A DNA stretch of 38,904 nt from Atractiella rhizophila (taxonomy: Eukaryota), in contig MU271500.1 in NCBI GenBank assembly GCA_021432655.1, positions 1 through 38,904 on the forward strand, in the 5' to 3' direction. The notes below the pieces were generated by a model that saw only the letters and a list, made by a program, of their open reading frames with translations, was not told where the DNA came from and ran no database searches. Positions 23,137 through 34,000 of this stretch are shown here, one piece after another. The first letter of the stretch is position 1. Every line of letters starts with the position of its first letter. Position numbers and translations under genes: made by a program.

Positions 23137-24696
23137 TCAAGCAGTATCGTCCTCCTTGAATTCCACAAAAAGCTCCAACGGCACATTTTGCTTCTCTAGC
23201 TCACGTTGTAGAGCTTGAATTGCATTCTTGCCTTCTTGCGTCTTAACCTCCAACATTTCCGCATTCGATCCGATAGAGTATCCCTTGATCCCTGGAAACG
23301 AATGTTGGCCAATAATATCGGCAAAAGCCAACCAGACTCGTGTATCTTCCTTTCCATTAAAGGAAAGGAGGCAACCGCCAGAAGCCCCGAGGATGGAAAG
23401 ACAGCTAGTGCATTTTTGGGTGTTGAAACAGGGAAAGAACCGACGACGGGAGATCGAGGAGTGCGTTGTTGGTTGACGCTACATCGGATAACGACAAATA
23501 ACCCTCAAAATCACTGGCGAAGCGCAAGAGGTCCATGAGCTCAACTGTTGAGACTGGATTGACATGAAGAACGATCAGGCTTCGTTTCGTGTTGAACAGG
23601 GTCGATAGCCCGCTGTAACTGAAGTCGCAACCCCTGCAAGTAGACGGCTTTCGATTTAGACACACGAGGTTCGCTTGAAGGAATGTTGAGTTTCAGTGCA
23701 CAAGCTATGATGGTGACAGTGTCTATAGACGGGAAGTGTGGAAGTGAAGGCAAGACTTCCAAAATGTCGTAGCGATCTTCCATTTCCACCGAAGACCCCG
23801 AAACGGTCAACTGACGCAAGCGATGAATATGAAAGGGAACTGGAGGAGATTTCTGTGTTCAGGTCGAGTCGGAGGGAGCAAAAGATCAAGGTCATGCAGT
23901 GTAGGAGAAGCCAGCTGAAGGAGATTCGTGATGTTTCCCAACTCTGATGGGGTCCATGCTGCAGGGTGCAGACAAAGACTCTTGAGATTTGAAAGAGAAG
24001 GAAGCTTTGCTGGAACAACCGTATTGATCAAGGAAAGACTTCGCAGCTCGAAACTATGTTCGGTCACATCAAAATCTATCGTCCCAAAGGAGCATTCCAA
24101 GGATTTGAGGTGAGTCGACGTTCCGAGCAGCGGAAATACCTCAGATATGGGTTGACCAGGAACATAATGGATAGTGAGGCCTGTCAAAGCTGGTAAAGAA
24201 GGAAAGGTCCAATTCGCCAAGGTTCGGAACGAGAAAAATCCAAAGAAGTCGAGTTCAAATGTCAGAGAAGTGATGTAAGGAGCTGCCTTCGAGATGAACA
24301 AGCCGACATAGTGGCTAGCCAAAATCGATCCTTCACAGAACCATTCCTGGCACCATTCTACGAGGTTGTTCTTCCCGTCCTTATCACACGGCTCCGATGG
24401 TTCTTTACACAAAGGCTTGTGGAATGTGAACGAGGCTCCGTTTACAGAAATGCTTCGTACGTATCGAAAATTAGATTGGTTTTCGAAAAATCGTTGCAAT
24501 CGAAATAGGTAACGTTCAAAACGGATAGCCTTGAGCGGATCATGCGGAAAGTGGAGGACGATAGGTGTGTTTGAGATAAGCAAAGGACGAGCGATCGATT
24601 TCCATTCTGCGCACACCAAGTGGCATTGAAGCAAGTCATGTGTAGGAAGGAAGGCGAGAATGGCGCCAATGATCTCAACGGGTGCAGTGGACTCAT
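23137..24696 (-). CDS. Second copy of F-box protein B, frameshifted at about four short homopolymers
   Basis: N-terminal ~290 aa almost identical to B. 1-nt indels near 24690, 23825, 23632 and 23418. Confidence 0.75.
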
Positions 24697-24899
24697 GGAG
24701 CACCCGATGCAGCGATTGAAAGCTCTTAAGGTAGATATGCCTAACAGAACACTATTAGCACTTGTCCGACGCAGGCACAGCTCACTGATATGTTGTCGGG
24801 GGAGCGGTCAACCTTGAAGCTAAGCTTGAAGGCAGGGGGGAAAGACTCTTGCGACGACCTGCGACGTCCATCATCCTACAACCTCTCTACATCCTCTAC

Positions 24900-26520
24900 A
24901 TCCACTTGTGCCGACTGGCGGTCTATCCAGGTGAGGACGACCTCGTAAGAGCACCCTCGCTCATGTGGAAACGGATCGCCGACTCAACACAACATCATGC
25001 CTATGGTTGTGACAACTAGCAACCTGACATCTGAGCTAAGGCATAGCCGTCCAAATGCTGGGGTCAACTAAAGTGAATCCGACTCAGTCTCCGCGACATC
25101 AAGGGAACTCGATCGGTCTCGGTTGCAGAGGTGTATTGATATCATTGGTCAACTACGGGGAGGCCACGAATACCATCCACTCACACTGAGGCATCAAGCT
25201 GACCACTGGAAAGATGCACGTACAATCAACATGAACAAGCTACGACCCTGAAAAACCTTCCTCCTGCCAACGACCGACGACTACCTCCCACTGACCCTCA
25301 TATCAAACTGGCCCTTGCTCCCAGCAAAACACTAGAAGAGGACGACCTACCAAAGCAGACAGGGCTCGAATGACGGCTTCGATCGCCTACTGGTTCTCGG
25401 ATCACATCTCTCCCGACATCCCAATTGGTGCCTCGACCGACTACCGGAACGATCGCTCTCAAGTCTTGGGTCTAAATGGAAGAACAATCCGGAATTAATC
25501 TGGGACTGCTCACATGGGAGCGCAACAAACAGAAGGACCTAACGTCCAACAGATGACATCCGTGGCTCCTGAAACCTCCGGGAAGAGTTATCATTGGAAC
25601 TTGATGGGCAGAAGCATAGACCGAAACGACATTCCTCGCTACGTCCCTTCTCTCATCCGGCAGCCCGCTCTAGCGCAACGTCCCCGATAACTTCCGAAAC
25701 ACTCAATACAAGATGCATGACTGCTGGGACATCCTCGACTAGCTGCTCGATTCTAGACGTTCCTGCTGTCGATGTTCAACAATGCCGCCAAGCATGCCAA
25801 GACTAGACAAGGGGAAGTGAATCTCTGTATGCGTCACCGATGTCCTGGCAACATTCGATAAGGACGATGAGAAGGAGGACGAAGGACATAAAGGGAAGGT
25901 ACGACAAGTGCAAGCAGAAGATTCGAGGACGTAGCTTTCTTTACGAGCAGCGATAATCGAACAACTCCTCATCCCATTGGGAACTAGATTGCAAATCACT
26001 TCCCCGTAATAGTCGCCGACTGGCACAGAGTGGTCGAAGACATGCCAAGTCTCTCACTCACAGTTTCCGATGCTGAGAGTACAAATGGAATCCTGAAGGA
26101 TCAGATTAACCAACATCGTTTGTATATGGAAAACTCAATGAATCAAGCGCTGGAGCAGGAACGCCTTGCCATTGTCAACATCCGCTATCCCCCCAATTCT
26201 ACGGCGACAACTTCCCGATTAAGAACCGTCAAGCCGGAAGGAAGAAACAACAGCGTGGGATAAACTGCGATACCCCGACATACAGCTTACGAGGCGTAGG
26301 GGAGAACTAAGTGGGAGCCAATACTGGACATGAAGCTGGATTTTCAGGCTAAGGGATAAAGCATTGTTCGAGAGCTATGTGCTTCACAAAACTATCACTT
26401 GACGGGACTCGACTTGGAAGGAGAGGTCGCGAAATGGGAGCATTGGGGCCGTTACAAGTTCGAGAACCGTGACATGGTTCGTTGCCAAAAGCTCAAAAGG
26501 AATAGAGATCAAAACACGCG
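24900..26520. other. Error-rich rendering of ~10560-11975 (low-coverage long-read consensus)
   Basis: Colinear with copy 1 but peppered with scattered insertions and substitutions, e.g. gggctcgaatgacggcttcgatcgcctac vs gggctcgaatcggccctccctac. Confidence 0.8.
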
Positions 26521-26655
26521 CCGTGCTCGGAGATTCGAGGTCTGTCATCTGCTATACACAAACATAAGTATCTGAAGGCAAGACAGGCAAGAGACGAAGC
26601 GGGACAGACAATTTTCGGAGAAGCCGTCCATTATCTGCGGATTCCCGCACATATT

Positions 26656-27710
26656 TTAGGCGAAAGCTGCATGGATAAATCTCGAGACCGTCTCTTCGTT
26701 CTTGCGCAGATGCTCCAACAGCTCGAGAGCGATTATCAGTCGGAAACCCTGTGCTATTGGACTACCCAATACCGACTGATACCTCTGGAGTGGCTTAGTA
26801 ACTTGATAGGCATTTCCAAGCAAAAGATCAGAAAGAGGATACCTTTGTTTGGATCCTGCATCGTCACCACTCCGACAAACAAGAAACACACTTTTCGTGT
26901 GAGCCGGGAGCAGACGACGATCTCGTTGATGACAGTGAAGGAGTGGGTTTGGAGACACATGTATGACTTCAGTTTCGCTGCGACTTCGATTCTCCAGCTG
27001 CAGGTTCAAGTTCGAAGAATAAGGACGTGTAATTGCGCGAATATATGCAACTAAGAGCATACAGTGACTACTGCCATGATTAGAAGCTGTACGTGGTTCA
27101 TGGAAGTCAGAAGCGCACCTTATCAATAACAACATTGACCGGGACCTGCCATCTTCCTCTTCCAAGCCGCTCCGTCTCCGACCCCCATCCACGACATCAA
27201 ATCCGTCGCTTGGCATGAGCTTCCACAAGCCCTTGTGTGACGTTAAGACCCTCAATCGCGTAGTACTGCAATCTATCCGAAAGAGGGTAAGGAGGTGATA
27301 TTGGAGGCAGAGCGTCGAGTAGGAGAAGGCTGTGAAATGAGAAGCTTGATCGGAATGTTCGAGGTCCAGCGCCGAATCCATCTCGTGGTAAAGGAGGTCG
27401 GACGGACGTATGTGAGAGGTTTCTGCAACAAATCCAAATCATTGATCAGTACACGAAGAAAGGCATGAGATTGAATAGAAGCTAGCTTCGTCGCAGTGGT
27501 AAGTGCCTTGTCTCCATGTCCCGTACGCCGATCCTAGACCTGCTATGCTGCTGAATGTCGTTCGTTCCAATGTCACAAATGCGAACGAGAAGAAGCAGTG
27601 CGTGGCGAGGGACATCGGATTCGGGTCGTTCTGTTCGCTTGATAATGCAAATCTGGGTTATTCGAGGACAAAGGACAGGACAAAAGGAGGGAGGAAAGCA
27701 ATAGGAAGGT
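26656..27710 (-). pseudogene. Possible decayed F-box-type gene of a different family, specific to copy 2
   Basis: PIAFLPPFVLSFVLE* at ~27705-27660, then LLLLVRIC(fs)HWNER at ~27600-27560, resemble the two ends of an F-box. Broken protein-like frames continue downstream. Confidence 0.3.
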
Positions 27711-29698
27711 CAAAGAGCAGGACGCCGGGGTTGGAGTAAGCAACATAGCTGTGACATCAAAATGCATTGAGGGATGGGAATAAGAAAGGAAAGTTGGTGG
27801 CTGCAGAGCAGGGCGAAAATAGTAAGCGTGAGCTTCAAAAGCTTTCGCAGCTAAACTGGGACTGGAAGGATACATGTGGAAGAGAAAAACACACCTGTTG
27901 CAATACCCCTCAACTGCTGAGGCACTCATTGGATGGTGGAACAAGTTGGTTGCGTTGTTCAACGTGCGCGGTTGGGCAGGGCAGACGCAAGTTGGGTTAT
28001 TTGCTAGTAGTTGTCACTCGTCAATTGGCTGATGCGGTTGATGTAATTGATGTAATTGATGAAAAACCGCCAAAGTTTCAAATCAAGCCCACAGCGTCCA
28101 GAAGTGTCTCGAAAGCCATTGAGAGCGTCATAAGGGTGTCTCCAGTGTCTACAAGGCGTCAAACCAGCAGCTGCAAGTTCCCAGGGAGTTATTCCTAGTA
28201 AAGTATAGCCTAATACCTTAGAGAAATCACCGGAAGACTCACCAGAGAGTGAGATGGTCGTTGACCAGTTGCGGGTTGTTCCAAATTCCCATGCAACGCT
28301 GCCAGACTGTCAGTTTGCGCAAACCCGCGACTCCCCACGACCTCATCAAGGTCTCCCAGTCGGGAGATATTCTCGAGGTTGACGTAACACGTGTACATAA
28401 GGTGAGCTCGATCAAAGCGTCTCTTTTCGTGTTATTGGCCTGCTTATTTCTTTCTCCAGCCATAACCAGTCATTCAAGCTGGTCCAGGCATGATTGATTT
28501 TGAACAGCAGCAGGATATCCCAGGCTTCAAAGTGTGGAACGAAGCCTCCACCCAGCAAGAGAAAAAACGTGTTTTCTACCGCTAGTACATGCCAGTACAT
28601 GCTAGATTTCTTTTTTACCGGTGACCGTCACTGAGAGTGTGGTGTTTCTTCTCTTCTGAAGGATCGGAGGATTGCTCATACAGTGCCATTCTTTCAGCAC
28701 GTTGTTACAAAGCGGATTCCTGACTATAGCTATCGACACCAGTGTTGGTCTTTGTGGCCAACTTTTCATGCTCACATCTGCGCGTTGAATGTTGGAGGAC
28801 CTGCTGCACCAGCACTGAAAACCTCTACGCCTCGCAAATACCTCTTTTTCGTTTGACCTGGTTCGTTTTCTCAGGCTTTAGGTCGTCCTCTCCTCAACAT
28901 GTACGTCATCAAAAGCGAGGTACAATATGAACCTGTAATATGAACCTGTAATAGAGGCTAATTGATCTCTTGTGATTCATTTGTCTCGCAATCTTTAATA
29001 GTACATTATTCGAAATTGGGAAATCGTGCTCTGCGTCTTCATCAGCAAGAGTTTAGATTGCACAAGAAAAAGCGCACAGGGAACCCCTAGTTAAAGGGAT
29101 ATCTGCTTTCATTTCTGACCGCAGTTGCACTTGCCAGCGTCGCAAGACGAGCAGCCTAGCATTCATCCACGATAACGTCAACCTTCTCGATTCAGGACAG
29201 GAGGCTGGAGGAGGAATAACGCACTGCTGCCGCAGGAACATTGGGCACCAGCAGTGCCGGAGCAGCTGCATTTATCGTTGCTGCATCCCCATCAGATTCC
29301 ATTTTCATTGCAGTTTCAGAGTGAATTCTGGATCAGCGAACCTGCAAGGCATGATCTCGCTTTTGCTTGAAGTTGTTGATACTATTTGGTAGTCGGTGGA
29401 GGAGTCTCAAAGATCGAAATGAGGTGTCACGGGGGGGAATCCTTGTCTCTACTCCTTTTATGACAGGGAGAACTTGATGGCTACGTCAAACACTGTCAGA
29501 TGACGTGAGAGCGGGGGAAGAGGTCAGGCCAGCTGAAGTAGGCGCTGGCAGGACGAAGAGATCACGCTCTAATATCTCATTGCCCACGTCTGCGCATCTC
29601 CGACGACGGGTCGACGTCGTCCCTGCAAGGCGAGCATTGTGACTTTCGACATTCGTCCCTCTGGCCACCAAGGATCAGAACCTCACTCATCAATCACA

Positions 29699-30743
29699 AT
29701 GATTCCTTCAAGTTCCAAGGCTCTGCTCAATCCTGGACATTCATATGCCACAACTACCCACATCTCGTTCACCTATCACCAACAGATCATCTCCCCAGCT
29801 GCCTTCTCATACACGTACTACCTCTCCCTCCCTCCCGCCTATACGGAAGACTCCACGCGTCATTGGCCACTCCTCCTCTTCCTCCACGGTGCGGGCGAAT
29901 CTCAACGGACCGCCGGGGAATCCTATCCCGCTTTGAGGCACGGCGTGCCAAAAATCGTGCTCTGCTACGATCGTTGGAAGAGCGGGAAAGAGCCGAAGGT
30001 GGACATCCCCCAAGCAAGCAAGCTAAAAGGGAGGAATCCAAATAAAGGAGTCGACTTTGCTGCCGACCCTGTGGATGTCGAGGTCTGCAAACTTGTAGCT
30101 GAGGAGTTCGTAACTGTCACACCAGTGCTTGATATGAGTTCGTCAATCTCTTCCATTATCTGAGGAGGCGTAATCTAACTCTGGTCGTTGTGCCGAAGCG
30201 AATGGATATGGATGGAATCCAACCGTGCTTTCCGCCCTTTTGGACGAAATACTCAACACGTATTCCATCGATCCTTCTCGCGTACATGTCACCGGGCTCT
30301 CCGTGCGTGCTCCTTCACCTCCTCCGCAAAATAAATACTGCTGATGATCTAGTGAGCAGATGGGCGGATACGGCACCTGGTCCCTCGCCCTCCACCGTCC
30401 AGAAACTTTTGCTTCACTTCTCCCTATCTGCGGAGGAGGAGATCCTCTTCGAGTTTCGCTGATCAAAGACATTCCACAATGGGTGCATCATGGAGAGAAG
30501 GACGACATTGTGCCGATTGAGCAAAGCGTGAAAATGGTGAAAGCGCTCGAGAAGGCCAAAGAGAAAGATGAAGGTAGAGGAGCAGAAATCAAGTTTGATA
30601 GGTATGAGGAGCTAGCACATGGTTGCTGGAGCGAGGCGTACGGAAGGAGAGAGGTGTGGGAGTGGGTGTTGGCGCAAAGAAAAGGCATGCAATCCGAAAC
30701 GAGACCAGTGGAAGGTTCCTCAGAGGTTGTCGACGTGCTATAA
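29699..30743 (+). CDS. Alpha/beta hydrolase (COG4099-like esterase/peptidase), complete, 3 exons
   Basis: LLLFLHGAGE; nucleophile GLS|MGG; acid in HGEKDDIV; His in EELAHGCWSEAY; TAA at 30741-30743. Confidence 0.9.
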
Positions 30744-31001
30744 ACAGTCTGAATTAGTGTAAGATAACAGAATTGCAACTATGTGCCCAGTACGAGCGAA
30801 CATGGAACTATCTGACTGAAGAACGTGATGAAGAGCAAGTGCCTTATGAACATACACCTGGTATCTATCTAAAGACTGTCTCTTGATCGACATGGATGTA
30901 TAGAAAATCCATATCCCAAGGGACTCCAAACAACAAAATTCAACCTGACAATAAAAATAGTCCTTCGCAAATGAATCCAGCAAGAATGGTCTCTGCATTT
31001 T

Positions 31002-34000
31002 TCACTTAATCGCTTTCTCTTTAGCAAGATCTAGACCGTCTTTAATAGCGTCAACATATCCGTCCAACAACTGCCGCGTCTTCACCAACTTTGGTGGTGG
31101 GAGAGCAGAGAAAGCGACATCCTCCTTCTTCACATTGGCAGCCTTCGGGACTGACTTGACGCTCGAGCTTCTCTTCTCCAACTTCGCCTTCTTGCTCGTT
31201 GTCTTCAATGCGTTCTGCTCCTCGACCTTCTTCCAGTCCACTACCCCCTCATGCAAGTTCTCACTCCACCATGCCCAGCTGAGATCCGTAACTTCTTCTC
31301 CACCAACCCTGTCCAGATATGACTGTGTCTCTGGATCCCGCTCTAGAACATCCTTCAATGTAGAAGAGTAGGAGATATCCCATTCGGGGTGATCGATACG
31401 AAGCAAGTCTATACGCAATCGAAGATCTGCAGCGGCCTTGTAGTACTTTGTGTAGAAGATAAGATCGTCCATTTCTTCCAAAATGTCCCCTCGCATCTCC
31501 GGATCAACATTGCCTAGGAGCGCTTCGAAATCGACAGCCAGTCGACCTTTCTCTTCAGAAGAGGACGGGATTCCTTCAGAGATGAAGGACAAGCCGCTCT
31601 TGCACCACTCGTAGATTGGGATCGTAAGATCCCCTCCAAACGCATGGGCCTCATGCAAGATCATCCATAAAGCTTGATCGTGCCTTTTGGCAAGGCTGAT
31701 GTAGTCAGCAGGAGAGTTGTTCTTAGATAGAGAAACGTTGATCAGATCCGTTAAGAAAGCTTGAAGCTCTCCTAATCGACTGGCGAGATCAGAAGCGTTG
31801 GCGAGCTTGTATATTGCGGAATAAAAGACGGAAATCGTGGATTTAAGCAGCACTGGTGTGTTGTTCTCGTGGATGAGATCGACGAATTTCTCTCGATCCC
31901 TTTTCAACGTGTATGCCCTGCATCATCTGTCAGCCATATCGTATGCAAGGAGTGCTGGCGTAACATACCGCAAAAGTTGCTTCAGTCGAACGTAGCGAGA
32001 AGCGTCTTCCTGATTGATAGCAGACTTTTCGAAATCGTCGTCGTCAGCTTCCGTATGACTGCGAGGGTTGTATGCCTTCTCCCAGACCTTCACTTCTCCG
32101 AGCTTGGCAGCATGCAGCTTCTTCTCCTTCAACAAAGTGACAATCAAATCCTGATCAGCAGCATCTGATGCACAACACTACTCAGTATTGAAACTCAAAT
32201 TGGATACGCAAAACAAATACGGACCAGCCATAGAATGAATGCGGCTCTGTTCCTCTCTAGATGCAGCAGCATGGTCGGCCAGGATCTTGACGATCTGTTC
32301 ATCTTTCACTTCGGCTTCGAGTTCACGAATCTCCCGCTTCAGGCTCTTGATCTCGTTGTTGAGCGGCATACATAAAATCCTGATCCACTGTGAGACCTGC
32401 TCTATGGAAATCTGATGCAAATCACCTTTGAATGAGGCTCAGAGCTCCAGGCGGATGTGCACAGAACAGATTGACGAGAAATCTGAACGAAAATGAGACT
32501 TGAATGGAATAGGAAGGAAACTAACTTGATCATGAAAGTGGGGTTGATCATCTTTAACCCCTGTTTCATCAAGCCGTAGGGCATGTGATTGTGAATTGCC
32601 TGGACGAGGAGGGTGATGTCTCTTGCGTTAGGAGCAGCTGCGAAGACAAAGCTGGAACAGCCTCAGTTCGATTCCAGGCAGTGAAGAGAACGAACTGAAG
32701 CATGTAGGCAACCCAGATGCGAGCCCACTCCTGAGTGATCCGATAGGTCTCCGGCAGATTTTCATAACGCTCATGCTTCTTGAGTTGGGCGAAAGAGCGG
32801 TCAATTTCGTTACCATCAATGAGAGCCGCTTTATACGAATGCCAGGTTGTTCTCAACTGCAATTCAAATATTTAACCTCGAATATCCCCAGTAAGGATAG
32901 GACCACACCTTTCTAGCTCTCGTTCCCAACTTCAGCCAAATCTTACGGTCCCGCATCGCTTTCTCATCCGCCGCCTTCGCCTTGTTCACCAAGGAGTCCC
33001 GCTCTCGATTGTTCAGTTGCCTGCCACCATCCAGCAAGAAAGCCTCCATGACCTGACGTGCCTTAGTAAGAGCGGGGGTTCGCTTGACTTCGGGGCTCGG
33101 ATTGGACAGTGCAATGACAACATGTCGAAGCCATCGTTGCAGAATGTGGAGAGAAGCTCCGCTGGAAAGAATGGGGAAATCGAAGGAAGATGGTAACTTG
33201 ATCTCCTTGAGCTGTTCAAAGCAATGAGCACATTCTTTCGATTCAACACATCAACCTACATCTGCATCAAAAGCCTCAAACTCTGTCCGCGTTCTGTGGG
33301 TGAGGTAGTAAGGCTTGGATGTGCCGGTCAACACGCGCGTTAAAACAGTGAGCTACCATCTAGCTTAGCGGCAACAACGAAGGCAAGGTGATGGCAGAGC
33401 ATACCTGCCCCTTGGAATCCCGTGAGTCCATGACAGCGACCCAAGCATTGTATCTCGCTTGGCCTGACTGCTTCTTGCTACTTCCAACAATCTCGATGCA
33501 CATCGCATCCATGTCATCAGGAAACACGTCGTCCAATCGCTTCATGATCTTTTTATCTGGTCGCGCTGGAGTAGAATCTCCCGCGCTCGTTACGCAAGTC
33601 GAAAAGTAAGTACCAAGGATGCGAGTGATGCCAGTAGCAAGGAGTTTCCTACACTGGATATCAACGAGTCATTTCCAGATATACAGTAGAAAGGCGGACC
33701 TTTTGGTTATCTCGGCCCTCTCCCCACCGCTTTCACTAAGCTCCGTCGCAGCTACAGAATCGAAGAAAGGCTGAATATTCTTTTGCCAATATGCCAACTT
33801 GGCCTCTTTCAATCCAGGAAAATTATTGACAAATCGCCAGTAAAGGTACTTAAGCATCGGGCTCTCCTCTACCTCCGCATCTACCTCGACTTGCATCAGT
33901 TCTGGATGCTCAGGTTCATTAGCTGCCCCTCCGATTCCCGTACTCGAACTCCGATTCTTGAACGTCCCAAACCAGGTGCTTTGGCGACGAGACTGTTTGC

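Larger units (their letters stand above)
16055..30601 (+). repeat. Copy 2 of the near-duplicate block (probable haplotype 2, lower base accuracy)
   Basis: Colinear with 1733-16028 except for an inversion/indel region (~16900-18000), a noisy tract (~24900-26520) and a substituted tract (~26520-28186). Many 1-nt indels in homopolymers. Confidence 0.95.

Noticed and set aside
25594..26263. ORFs unique to copy 2
   Set aside because: They lie in the error-rich tract and have no counterpart in the cleaner copy 1 sequence.
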